DNA from: Camelus ferus
Taxonomy: Eukaryota
Assembly: GCF_009834535.1 (NCBI RefSeq)
Contig: NC_045696.1
Location: 121,460,001 to 121,524,000 of the forward strand
Direction: 5' to 3'
DNA: 64,000 nucleotides
Numbering within the stretch: the first letter of the stretch is position 1; every line of letters begins with the position of its first letter. The notes below the pieces were generated by a model that did no database searches, had not been told where the DNA came from, and saw only the letters and a list, made by a program, of their open reading frames with translations. Of the stretch, positions 12,680 through 25,145 are shown one piece after another. Made by a program: the position numbers and the translations under genes.

Positions 12680-12860
12680 CCTGGGTGCTAGGGTGCAAAT
12701 ATTAGATCTTCCACCTACAAAGGGAACAATCCTGGGCAAATCCTTAACCTTTCTGTTTCCTCACAAGACTGCTGTGAGGAAGAAATGAGTCGTTTTACAT
12801 AAATCACTTAGAACAGTGCCTGAGACTTGATAAGCACCCGATAAAGTTTAGCTAATACTA
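12680..12860 (+). mobile_element. MIR SINE
   Basis: cctgggcaaatccttaacctttctgtttcctca...gctgtgagga...aaatcacttagaacagtgcctg...taagcac. Confidence 0.75.
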
Positions 12861-13016
12861 AGTTCTCCAAAAAATAAACACTGTATGAGATGGCCCCTGT
12901 CAGCCCCCCACCCTGCCCCAGGGGCTACATGTGTCTACAATGAGCAAACAAATTCAGGGTCAATGTCCAGATATTGACAGTACGAAAACGTCACGATACA
13001 AGCAGAAATGGGATCA

Positions 13017-13322
<306 letters not shown>

Positions 13323-14539
13323 TTAACACAGCAGGAAAAAAGACATGCCAATCAGCCCAGTATCTATCAAAGGAAAAAGCCTCCCAATGGCCCTTCAGGA
13401 AACGGTTTAATCCACAGTTTCAAACACTATTTGAATTATCTCACTTGCCACCCTAGGGGCACAATTCCAGTGAAACAAACAACCCTCCCCCCCAAAAAAA
13501 CCAAAACCAACAACAACAGTCAAAAAACCTAATCAGCAGGTGTAGCACACTCGGCTAAGAACACTATTTTGATATGATTTGCATATATGTGCACAGCAGA
13601 TTTTTTTTTAAGTCTGTGAAATAATATTAATGAACTAGGGCAAGAGACTGCAAACTGTAATCTCATTCTATATTAAGCGCATGGCTTGCATGAAATTTTA
13701 GTTGTTGGTTCATCAATTTAATCACATTCCAAGTGTTGAAGATTCCCCCCCAAATCCAGCTCTGCTTCTATAAGGTGGCACAGAGAAGGACACTGTCCTT
13801 CCTGAAGACACAGTCCAAGCTTCCCTCCCCCAGACAGTGGCCCACTTCCTCAAGGCTCGGAGAGAGACCAGAGCCTGACTTCCTGCTGCCGTGTGTAAGT
13901 TCACTCTCACCTTCCCTCCAGGCTCTGCCGCCACATCAAGCATCAAGCGAGCATCGAGCATCAGAGCCCGCGACCAGGCGGGAGGCAGGGCACCAGGGCT
14001 CCAATTCCCGCGCAGGTGAGCGCTGCGAGCCCCCTTCCCACCTTCACGTCATCAACTCTCAATAACACTTTGCATCAAGGAGGCGAAGGGCTACAGGGAC
14101 CCCCAGAGCCCACCAACACTCGTTCTCTGAGGAGAACGGGACTTGTAAGGACATCAACAAATTCTCTCAGGAGCGAAATTCAAGATCCTTCTCATGAAAT
14201 TCAGATTCCCTTATAGATTCCCTAGAAAGTGGCACTGGAGCCGCATGGTGGAATTTCTCCATCTATGAAATGAGGACAAGCCCTCCTCTTCCATCCCCTC
14301 CTCCACAAATAATCCGCAAATTTCCCCTTGGGACCTGGCATCATACTGCGCTAGATCACCTCTTTCACAGGGTGACAGCTGTGCCCACCCCCAACACACA
14401 CACCCCCCCCAGCTGCTCGCTCCAAATACAGCAGCTAGCTCCACGCCAAAGCCAGCCTTTTCCAATCTGACAGTCCCCTGCCTCATGGCAGATGTCACTG
14501 GAAGTCCTCTCCCAGTGCTCCATCACAAAGTTCTCTGCC

Positions 14540-14690
14540 CGTCCATCCTTCTGTCCTCCCTTCCATCCATCTTTCTTCTTCCTCCCTTCCTTCCTTCCGT
14601 ACTTCCATCCTTCCTTTCTTCCCTCCTTCTGTCCATCTGTCCTTCCTTCCTTTCATCCTTCCTTCGGTTCCGTCCTTCCTTCCTTCCACA
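14540..14690. repeat. Imperfect (TTCC)n polypyrimidine tract
   Basis: Directly visible tccttcct/tccatcc repeats. Confidence 0.9.
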
Positions 14691-14797
14691 TTCCAACTCT
14701 CTAGTGCCCTATTTATCTAATTACTGTGAACATACGTTTTTCCCTATAAATGCTGAGGGGAAACTGCTCTGATTGCCAAAAAAGTTATTCCCTAGAA

Positions 14798-15013
14798 CAG
14801 AAGGGGACAGACCTGGGCCTGCACGCAAAGTCCAGCCCACCAGCTTTGGTACACAAGGTTTACCAGCACACAGGCCTGCCCATCCCTTTACGTAATTCGT
14901 GTGGTTGCTTTAATACACCTGCAGTGCTGGGTACTTGCAGCAGAGACCCAGGGGTTGGCAAAGCCTGAAATGTTTAATCCCTGGCCTCTTCAGGGAATGT
15001 TTCCCAACCTCTG
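14798..15013 (+). mobile_element. MER58A (hAT-Charlie)
   Basis: CAG...CTG termini, internal cagagacc...gcaaagcctgaaatgttta...ctggcctctt, and Charlie-like flanks ccctagaa/ttctaaaa. Confidence 0.75.
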
Positions 15014-15824
15014 TTCTAAAATATCAGGGAAAGGGAATCAGCAGTTGGGGAGGAGTTAGGATTCCGTTTCAGTAAGCGTCGTGGGATTAGTGGAGGGTGA
15101 GAGCTGTTGTATCCTCTATCATACTGAATATTAATAGGGACTTTGGGACATTTGTTCCTTTACATACGAGAAAAATCTGAGCTCAGAGAGGACTGACGCC
15201 TTGCCCATGTCACACAATTATTCTAGCAGCAGAGCTCAGCCTGGAATGCCAGTTTTCTTTCATCCTATGCTAATTTCTACCATATGCAAAACCTTTATCT
15301 GTGAACTGTTGGAATCTACCAAGGAACCGTGAATGGATGTGATAATATCCTTGATTTATTTCAACCTCCATCCAGAATCATTCTTTTCACTTTTAAATAA
15401 ACTGTATTCATAAATAGAAAATGCACAAATCATAAATACAAAGCTTAATAAATTACTCTTCCTGTTTTTTTACTGATTGTGAGCAGACCAATTCTTACAG
15501 CAACAAAGAACACAGTATACATGAAATGCAATTAATAGAAAGGTGCAGAGAGAGAAGGAATGAACTAGAAGGAGGATGGCTGTGGGTCAGAGAGAGTTGG
15601 AAATAATGCTATCAACTCTCTATCAGATTTTTGATAAGAGCAGCTTATTCTTCAATTCTTCAAGCGTCTTGGCTGAATTCTGTGTCTCCCAGTGCATCAA
15701 CTGGCTCCTGGGAATCCACATCGCTCTCTGCCTCGCCTATCCCTGGAGGCACCACTATCTCTTCTAACTGACCCTGTCCTTACAGGCTCCTGGCCATGTC
15801 CATCCCATTTCTCTCTCTCTCTCT

Positions 15825-16370
15825 TTTTCTTAAAGACTTTAGTTTCTTAGAGCAGTTGCAGGTTCACAGGAAAACTGAGAGGAAAATTCAAATATCCCGT
15901 ATGCCATCTTCCTCGAACGTGCACACTCTCCCCCACTGTCAGCATCTCTCTGCAGAGTAGACGTTTGTTACAGTCGGTGAACCTGCATGGACATATCATC
16001 ACCCAAAGTCCTTTTTCCATTCCACCTCACAGTTAAGATTAGGCATTAGAGAGGATGCCCACTCTACAGGCCAAGCTTGTGTTCTACAGAAAGGAGTCGG
16101 GGGGTCTGAAAGGGGTGGGTAGCAGGAGCCAGTCTGAAAAGGCTACCTATAATAGGACCCCAACTCTGTGACACTCTGGAAAAGGCACATCTCTGGAGCC
16201 AGTAACAAGATCAGTGGTGCCAGGGGTCAGGGAGGGAGGAATGGGTGGATCCCAGAGGATTTTTAGTGCAGGGAAACTACTCTGTGAGGTACTGTAAACT
16301 AGGATACAGGTCGTACACCTTTGTCCAAACCCGTGGAGTGCAACACCATGAGTAACCCTCGTACATACAG
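15825..16370. mobile_element. L1MC-like 3'UTR in two oppositely oriented pieces (15825-16011 minus; about 16127-16370 plus)
   Basis: The minus piece is ttagagcagtt...ggttcacag...catcacccaaagtcc. The plus piece is agccagtctgaaaaggctac...tctggaaaaggca...tttgtccaaaccc...gagtaaccct. Confidence 0.75.
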
Positions 16371-16529
16371 GCCCCCTCCCCTGGGTCTGCAACACCAGCT
16401 GTCCAAGGCTGTCATGCTGGTCCTTATTTATTCCTCCCTTCACCACCCATTTTCCTTCCTTCCTGTCCTGCTTAGGGACCAAAGAGGCTGACCTCCACTC
16501 TGACAGCTCAGTGCTGGCTGGAGTCCTGT

Positions 16530-16820
16530 TGCTATGATCTGAATATTTGTGTCTGTATGTTGAAATCCGAACCCCTGAAGGTGGTGATACTGGAGGAGGA
16601 ACCTTTGGGAGGTGATGAGGTCAGGAGGGGGCTCCCATGAATGCTCTCATTATAGAGGCCCCAAAGAGCCCACCACGCCCTTCTGCCACGCGCGGGTACA
16701 GTGGGAAGAGGGCCCCCATCCCACCACGCTGGCACTCTGGTCTCCAACTCCCAGTCATCCAAACTGTGAGCAGGGAATTTCTGTTGTCCGTAAGCCCCCC
16801 AACCCGGATGGACTGAGTCA
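16530..16820 (+). mobile_element. MaLR solo LTR, MLT1A-like, internally deleted
   Basis: Starts tgctatgatctgaatatttgtgtc, contains cctttgggaggtgat and ccaaactgtgag...aatttctgttg...taagcc, and ends ggactgagtca. Confidence 0.8.
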
Positions 16821-18514
16821 GCTGGTGCTGCAGACCCAGGGAAAGAGAAAGACTAGTGTGTTCCTCCCCAGCTCCTCCTCTGGGCCTACTCAGCAGAGGC
16901 CATGTCCCCACACGACCTGGGTCCTGTCAGGCAGCTCCATCGCCAAGGCTCCAGCCAGCATGGGCTCTGGGATACTGTTTCCTCATTCTGCTCCTTCAGG
17001 CTTACATGTCAAGTCTTAAGTTGGCCATCCTAGAAGCAAAGGCTGAAACGAGGGTTCAGATGCACCTGACAGATGGAGCGGGGACAGAAAGGAAGTGAAG
17101 GGGGCAGGGTGGTGGTCCCAGCAGGAGGCCAGCTCCCTTGCGGTTCCAGGAACATGAGCTGCACTCTGGGTTGACCCCACTTTGTGGAAAGGGGTCCAGT
17201 CTCCTACCGCCCCATGTTAGTTGTGCGAGGGTTGGGGAGACACAGCCACTTAGGTTTTGTCCCTCCCTGTGCTGGCTGACAGCATTAAAGGGCAGTCGTG
17301 AACCACGCGTAGCCAACACTCATACCCCTGGGCACTAGGGGAAGAGCGCACTAACCTGATTAAAGGGATCTGGGCAGGGTATCCCCAGGGTCTGTCCCAC
17401 CCAGCGGTTGTCTCCTTCAGGTCAGGGACTACTGCTTACACTTCGCTGCATGCCCGACAGTCTTCACCTTGATCACATCTGTAGACAGGTGAGGAAACCA
17501 GCACAGACCCTCACCCATGGGGGGACGGGTACAGTACATGTCCCTGCACAAATGAAAACCCTAATCAGGGGGACACATTGGAGATCCTGAGTTCCTCTGG
17601 CTGCCAGAGGTGGCAGCGGTCCTGACCTTGACTTTGGAGGTGGTACACAGGCCAGTGAAGACGAATTGTTTGGCCTCAGCCCAGCTGAAGCTCACTGCTG
17701 CAAGGTGATCACAAAACACGGCTCTGTCAGCGAGGAATCTGCTACCTCCGGCCCCAGATAAGCGGAGTAAACAAGTAATTTCACAGTCTGCAGGAGGACA
17801 GGATTAATATGGCCAGATTATCAATAGGTTTTCCATGGCCTATTGAATTCCTCTTTGTTGACTTCCATTACAATCCCCTGGTTTTACAGAGACTAATGTC
17901 TGTAGAGAATTATTTCAATGAAAGCTGACTTTTGGCCAATTTTAGAAGCAAATTATCATTGTCCTTACACTCAGATAATTTATTATAAAAAAAAAAGGCA
18001 AAACCACCACTTCAGCATATCCAGACTCTCCAACAGGACAAACTGATTCAGAAACTTAATTAGTTTCTGAATGAGTTGCAAACAAAGCCAAGACAATCGA
18101 GCTCAAGAGGGAAGAGAATGAGCTTGCGGTCACAGGGGAACCAACTGAGCGGAGTGCGTCTCACAACTCTGTTTAAGAGTACACCATCACTGTTCTGCCT
18201 GCTTTGGCATCGTCCGGCCTTTTCCAACGTCGCAGCACATTCAGAGAAGGCTGGTGTGCGACATCTCCATCACACAACATTCCCATCCCAACTCAGGAAG
18301 CATGACGGGGCGTCTGCAATGTGCCTTGTTCTGTGCTTGCTTCCTTGGTCCATTCACTCAGCCAAGAACTGGGTGTTATTCCCCCAGGACTTTCTTCCCA
18401 TTCGACGCTCCTTGATCAACTTTTAGACCAAGAGTAAATCTCCTCTCCCATGACAGGTGCTATGCTGGGTGCTGTCATGAGACAGTCCACTGCCCAGAGG
18501 TGCACATCCCGAAG

Positions 18515-18672
18515 CAGTGCTTCTCAGACTGGGACCCGACCACGGGTTATGGGGGGAGCCCGTGGGGATGGAGCTCCTGTCTCAGGAGCCTGGGGTCGGG
18601 GGGTGGCTAAGACTCTGCTCCCTGGGGTCACTGGTCCTGCTGGCCTGTGGACCACATTTTGAGCAGCAAAGT
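18515..18672 (+). mobile_element. MER5A-like (hAT-Charlie)
   Basis: cagtgcttctcaga ... ctgctggcctgtggaccacattttgagcagcaaag termini. Confidence 0.6.
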
Positions 18673-18764
18673 TGCTGGGTACAAACCAAGCATAACTGCC
18701 CCAGAGTGGTTCATCTTAAGATCAGACACTCACACGAGATGCCGATGGTACAGAGGACAAGAGT

Positions 18765-18920
18765 ATGGGTCTAAATCAGAGCATCTGAGGCTGACCCAGG
18801 CTCTACTGCTCCTTCCCTAAGACTCTGGGTGATGTACGTGAACCCTCTGAGCCTCAGTTTACCACACGTGAAAGCTCCTACCTTGTGAAGCTGTCTTGAG
18901 AATTAAATGAATTAGTCCTC
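18765..18920 (+). mobile_element. MIR SINE
   Basis: aaccctctgagcctcagttt...gagaattaaatga. Confidence 0.65.
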
Positions 18921-21550
18921 AGAAGAATAATGAAAACTATTACTGTCCTTCTTAAAAATTACACCTCTGAGTTCATGTAACATTTACCAGGCTTGGAGTG
19001 TCCTCCAAGCACACTACAGTAAGTCACGAGACCCCAGGAGAACCTTTCCCCTGACCGTGAGGATAATCCTATGGTAGGTCCCGGCAGGATGCTCCTTCGT
19101 AGGACGGATGCAGCTTAGAGAACTCAAACCGCTATCAGTCAAGTGCGACAGAACGAGGGTTCAAGCCTGGAACTCCAGGTCCAGAATTTAGGCCCTGATC
19201 CCTCTGCTCCACCTGCCTCCCCAGGGGATAGCCACTCAAGAAGACCGTCAATAAAAGTGGCAACTGGGGCTCACCTCGCATTACGCTTCCCCACATTTTC
19301 TGGACCCACCTGGTTCCCTAGAAAGTCACACTGCCCCACCCCTCCCTCCCTCTTCCAGTCTGTCCCCGAAACCGCCAGCACCCTTCTCTCTCTGTCCTCT
19401 AAACTTGTAGATTACTTATTATGTTTTCCTCTTCCTCGGGAGAGAGTCCTGTATTGTGTAAAATTAATCTGCCCTCTGGGTTTCTTTCCCTTCACAACTG
19501 TAATCATTACTAACCCTGCTCAGGCCCCCTGTGCTCCCGCTTTGGCCGGACAGACACTGAGTCTCCCCAAGACAGCAGGAAAGGGAGAAAAGCTGTGAAT
19601 ATTTACACTTTTAGTTTCATCCAGCATACAATGCTCTATAAATCTTTAAAAACAGCTTGTTTTCCCAGCCACTAACTACACTAACACCAGAGTACATAGA
19701 TGGTGTTTCACTGAATTCTTGAGACAAGTTCTTGGCAGCCCCATTTCACAGACATAAAAAGCGAGATTCATGGTGGTTTGGTCACAGCAACTAAGCGACA
19801 GCCAGGAATAAAGCCTGGGTTTGGTGGGTTCCAAAATCTGTTTTTGACAATTTCTTCTCAAATGATTTACACTCTTAATTAGCTTAACAGTCACTTTCCT
19901 TCTAGATCATGCAAAGATAAACTTCAGCCCTGTTCCAATCTTCAGAAATCTCCAAGGCGTAGTGTGTGCATTAGTGAGGCTGTGTCTAGCAGTGTAAAAA
20001 TTCACTTCCTTTCCGCCCTTACTTCCAGGCAGCCCATGTCACTCCCGGAACTCTATTTGTACCGGGAGCCTCACAAACACATCGAGGGGTCTGGGAACTC
20101 AGTGTACCCACTTGGATGATTTTGATCACCAAGCACTGATGAGTTCCAGACAGCCAAGCTACAACACCTGGTAAACCCGGTGATAAAACCCGTGAACCAC
20201 AAAAGGCCACGGTTCTATTGAGTGAGACTCAAAATTGACAATATGCTGACTTGAACATTTTTCTGAAATATACTATGCCAAACTACTCAAGTGAAGTAAA
20301 TTATTATTTCAGTCATTTCTGGAGCTAATTTGAGACAACGGTGAGACCAAAAGAAAATAATCCAGCAGAGATCCCATTTCCTGAAAACAGCTTTCTTGGG
20401 AAAATGTACACAAGCAATCAGATAAATAAATTGATGTTCTAGGAACTTCCGGGCTCACATCTGTGTCTCTAATAATGAGTCATGAAGATGAGATTTTTTT
20501 CCTAGAAAGCAATTATATCCATTGCATCACATTCATATTAATTTTATAGCACTCAAATGTTACCCACTTTTAGGAGAAGAACTGGATATATAAATTTAAC
20601 TGGGCAATTATAAAGGCTGACCGAAACTTTTAAAAGTGAAACTTGAACAAAATATCAAAGGAAATTGTATGAGTGACTGTCCTGGTGCCCCATCACAGCC
20701 CCCATTTTCCTACCATACCCCAGGCAACTACAGCTCCTGAATGAGAGAGAAAAAGCAAATTCAGATGATGCTTTATTATTTTGGCACTGAAATAATTTCC
20801 TCCTGTTCCTCAGGCAACTAAATTTACCCAGTAGAAGGAGCGAATCCCAGTCTTCTTTTGTTCAGTCATTTTCCCTTTTTAATATAATCACAGATTGGAT
20901 TCCTCCACTAATGTCATGTTACCAGGAAGCTAGGGGCTCACAAAGTAGATTTTGTGCTTCTGGTCTCATACATGTAGCTAAATTTAAAAGCAAAAAGGAG
21001 CACGGTTACTTTTATGTTCAACAGGAGAAAGTACAGACAGCATATAAAGGACAAACCAATTTCCTTGGAAAAGCAGGGTAATGGGTCTGTGTATGGGTCC
21101 TGTTCTGCTCCAACCCCTCACCTAAGACTCACTTCTGCTGTGAATGACATGCGAGCATTAACAGGCTTCTGCTTAGTTAGCAGAGGACATACCATGTACG
21201 GGGTGCCTTGGGAAAGAAAACGGGGTTAAGTGGATGACCAAGTATAAAAAGAAATGCCTCTCATGATAACAGAATACAGCCTCTAGGCAGTGCTGCCCAG
21301 CAGAGCATGTGATGATGGAAATGTTCTTTATCGACAAGGTTCAATACAGTGGCCACCAGGCACAGGTGGCTACTGAGCACTTGAACTGGGGCCAGTGCAA
21401 CTGAGGAAATGAATGTTTAATTTTATTACACTTTAACTTGAATTTATATTTTTTTTAATTGAAGTATAGTCAGCTTACAATGCTGTGTCAATTTCTGGTG
21501 TACAGCATCATGTTTCAGTCATACATGTACATACAGATGTTCCTTTTCAT

Positions 21551-22108
21551 CGCAGCACTATTTACAATAGCCAAAACATGGAAACAGCCTAAATGTCCAT
21601 CAACAGGTGACTGGATAAAGAAGATGTGGTATATTTATACAATGGAATACTACTCAGCCATAAAAACTGACAACATAATGCCATTTGCAGCAACATGGAT
21701 GCTCCTGGAGAATGTCATTGTAAGTGAAGTAAGCCAGAAAGAGAAAGAAAAATACTATATGAGATCGCTTATATGTGGAATCTAAAAGACAGACAAACAA
21801 ACAAACAAAAAACAAAGCGTAAATACAGGACAGAAATAGACTCATAGACAGAGAATACAGACTTGTGGTTGCCAGGGGGGCGGAGGGTGGGAAGGGATAG
21901 ACTGGGATTTCAAAATTGTAGAATAGATAAACAAGATTATACTGCATAGCACAGGGAAATATACACAAAACGTTATGGTAGCTCACAGAGAAAAAAATGT
22001 GACAATGAGTGTGTATACATCCATATATGACTGAAAAATTGTGCTGAACACTGGAATTTGACACAACATTGTAAAATGATTATAAATCAATAAAAAATGT
22101 TAAAAAAA
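21551..22108 (+). mobile_element. Younger L1 3' fragment nested in the opposite-strand L1
   Basis: Encodes [17 protein letters not shown]...MPFAATWM, followed by 3'UTR and an A tail. TSD agatgttccttttcat (21535-21550) / agatattccttttcat (22109-22124). Confidence 0.95.
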
Positions 22109-22484
22109 AGATATTCCTTTTCATATTCTTTTCTATTATAGGTTACTACAAGATATTGAATATAGTTCCCCATGCTATACAGAAGAAACTTGTTGTGTAT
22201 CTATTATATACATAGTAGTTAGTATCTGCAAATCTTGAACTCCCAATTTATCCCTTCCCACCCCCTTCCCTTCCTGGTAACTATAGTTTGTTTTCTATGT
22301 CTGTGAGTCTACTTCTGTTTTGTAAGTAAGTTCATTTGTGTCTTTTTTTAAAATTCTACATATGAGTGATCATACAGTATTTTTCCTTCTGGCTTACTTC
22401 ACTTAGAATGATGATCTCCAGGTCTATCCATGTTGCTGCAAATGGCATTATTTTATTCTTTTTTGTGGCTGAGTAGTATCCCAT

Positions 22485-22489
<5 letters not shown>

Positions 22490-22556
<67 letters not shown>
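22490..22556. repeat. (TA)n microsatellite, about 32 units
   Basis: Directly visible. Confidence 0.98.
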
Positions 22557-22567
<11 letters not shown>

Positions 22568-23916
22568 TATATATATACCACACTTCTTTAACCACTCATC
22601 TGTCAATGGACATTTAGCTTGCTTCGATGTATTGGCTATTGTAAATAGTGCTGCTGTGAATATTGGAGTGTATGTATCTTTCCGAATTAGGCTTTTCTCT
22701 AGATATATGCTCAGGAGTGGGATTGCTGAATCATATGGCAACTCTATTTTCAGTTTTTTAAGGAATCTCCATACTGTTTTTCATAATGGCTGCACCAAAC
22801 CAGACTCCCACCAACAATGTAGGAGGGTTCCCTTTTCTCCACATCCTCTCCAACATTTATCATTTGTGGACTTTTTAATGATGGCCATTCTGACTGGTAT
22901 GAGGTGATACCTCACTGCAGTTTTCATTTGGATTTCTCTGATAGTTTGTGATACTGAGCATTTTTTCATGTGCCTACTGGCCATTTGTATTTCTCCACTG
23001 GAGAATTTCTTGTTTAGACTTTGCCCATTTTTTGGATTGGGCTGTTCGTTTTTTTGTTATTAGGTTGTATGAGCTATTTATGTATTCTGGAAAGTAAGCC
23101 CTCATCACTAACTTGAATTTAAACAGCGACCTGTGATTGGTGGCTACCAATCACGTACAGGACATATTGCATTAAACTACTGTTCCCAGCTTTCTTCTTC
23201 CTTTGTTTCTCCTAAAGACTAAAGCTGAATGGTGTTGCTCAAAAGTGCTTTCCAACATAGCATGCAATGTCTAGGACCTCACCCCAAAGCAATTCATGCA
23301 AACAGGACTCTCGTAAGAGAAACCTACTTCCCACTGGAGGCAGAAGTGCTGAAAGGAAGGAACAGGTCCAAGTTTGGCCCACAGGCATTTCTTCGTTTGC
23401 CAGGGCCCGCAGATGGGTGGTGACTGTCATGGCACTGCACAGGGACAGACAGCACTAGAAAGAGTGATTAATTAACGGCACTACTGTCCAAATGCTCCAG
23501 AGGGAAGTGGCAATTTAAGGAAAATACTGGAAGGAGGCTCTCCTTAGAACTTCTGATGTGGCATTACCTTTCCATCTGACATGTAATAATGTTTCTACAA
23601 AAACTTTCAGAGTGGTGGACCATCGCATAGCATTGGGGCAAATGGTCTTGGAGGGCAGCTGTGGATGGAAACAAATGGGAGATAAGAATTGAGGTAGAAG
23701 TATTATGCAAATTGGGCGTGACTGGGGGACTGGAAAGAGGACTGCTTGGAAAAGAGGATATCCTGGAGGATAACATCTATCTGTCTCAGAGATAGGTCAT
23801 ATGGCAAGCCCACGGAGACATGCAGAAATGCTTAGAGGAAGAGGAAAGCCACAGCAGGTGTGGAAGGAGGTGTACTCCACTTGTCAGTGTTCTCACTTGG
23901 ACACACACACACTCAT

Positions 23917-23955
<39 letters not shown>
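23917..23955. repeat. (CT)n microsatellite preceded by short (CA)n
   Basis: Directly visible. Confidence 0.95.
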
Positions 23956-23958
<3 letters not shown>

Positions 23959-24389
23959 ATCTCCAGGGGACCAGAGTGCAAGGATGGGATAGCTTTTGTG
24001 TAACGACGTCAGAAATGGATGTTTTCTGGAGGAGTCTGACAAGGAAAGAAAGTCTCCCACAAGCACAGAGAAACTTCAGGAGTCCCTGGGCAGCAGGAGG
24101 AGATACTGGTTGGACTGATCAGGTCTGGGCACCTGGGCAGGGCGTTTATGAGACATTATTAGATGAGGAGGCGCTCTGACACATACCACTGGGAGTTCTC
24201 TGGGTATCCAGTCCTCACCGAGCATGAGGGGAATCTGAGCACAGGAAAATCCGCAGGCTCCGGTATGGGCAGACACAGCCCAGAGAAACAAATGCCCAGT
24301 GTAAAACCATAAAGCAACGAGGATGCCGGCGACAGCAAGTGTTCTGGATACTCAAGTGACTAGCACCATGGTCCCCACTGCCCGTTACA

Positions 24390-24560
24390 CTATCACATAT
24401 TCTCCTTTCAATGGCTACGAAAGGTAACTCAATGCTGCTTCAGTTTCACAGAGGAGAAAACTGAGGTTCAGAAAAGCTATGTGCATTGCTAGATCACATA
24501 ACCAAAAAAATGAAGGGGCCAGGTTTCAATCAGATTTTTTTTTAACTCTAGAGTTCAGGA
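24390..24560 (-). mobile_element. MIR SINE
   Basis: tttcacagaggagaaaactgaggttcagaaaag...agatcaca...gccaggtttcaa. Confidence 0.65.
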
Positions 24561-24669
24561 TATGGTCCATAATGATACCCTGCCTCCTCTTGAATACGTT
24601 AAGATCTGGTTAAGTTTCTAGTTCTATTTGTGTCCCTTCATGCCAATAGCCCAAGAGTGTTTATTATAT

Positions 24670-24790
24670 CTCATTCATTTATTCATAAAATATTAATCGA
24701 ACACTTCAAGTATGTGCTGGGAACCATGATGGGTACTGGGAAGTACAAAGATGAAAAGGCAGGCCCACTACCTACAAGGAGCTCACAGGC
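24670..24790 (-). mobile_element. L2 3' end
   Basis: tcattcatttattcataaaatatta...gtgctggg...aaggagctcacag. Confidence 0.6.
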
Positions 24791-25145
24791 AAATAAATAC
24801 ATAAGTAAATATTTACAGTACATTAATTCAGCCTGTTATGCCTTCAGCCACATTTCCATTAAAATAGCCATGGAGAACTTCAGAAACTAGCAATGACACT
24901 AAAAGGAAAAAAAGTCCCAGCAGAATGTCCTATGGCTCTTCTCTACACAGCAGTGTGTCATGGAACCACAGTTTCATTGTGAGAGCTACTAATAGACACT
25001 CTCAAAGCAGAAAATGGTAGATTTTATAACATAAAGCAGGTCCCTTTACAGTAGAAGGTTTCTGCTGTCTGTGAACATGCTCTGCAAACCAAAAAGGAGG
25101 TATGGTATACAATGTTTTTCTAAACTTATTTAGTCAGAAAATTTG

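Larger units (their letters stand above)
21447..23108 (-). mobile_element. 5'-truncated L1 (ORF2 C-terminus + 3'UTR), carrying a nested L1 and a (TA)n tract
   Basis: ORF2 Cys-rich peptide [16 protein letters not shown] (22781-22984, minus). Perfect 13-bp TSD taacttgaattta at 21434-21446 and 23109-23121. Confidence 0.95.
21288..23172 (+). mobile_element. MER3 DNA transposon split by L1 (arms about 21288-21446 and 23109-23172)
   Basis: tgatgatggaaatgttct...gtggctactgagcacttgaa...gcaactgaggaaatgaat, resuming as aatttaaacagcgacctgtgattggtggctacc. Confidence 0.85.

Noticed and set aside
22356..22907. YIYIYI-repeat ORFs
   Set aside because: They are translations of the (TA)n microsatellite inside an L1.
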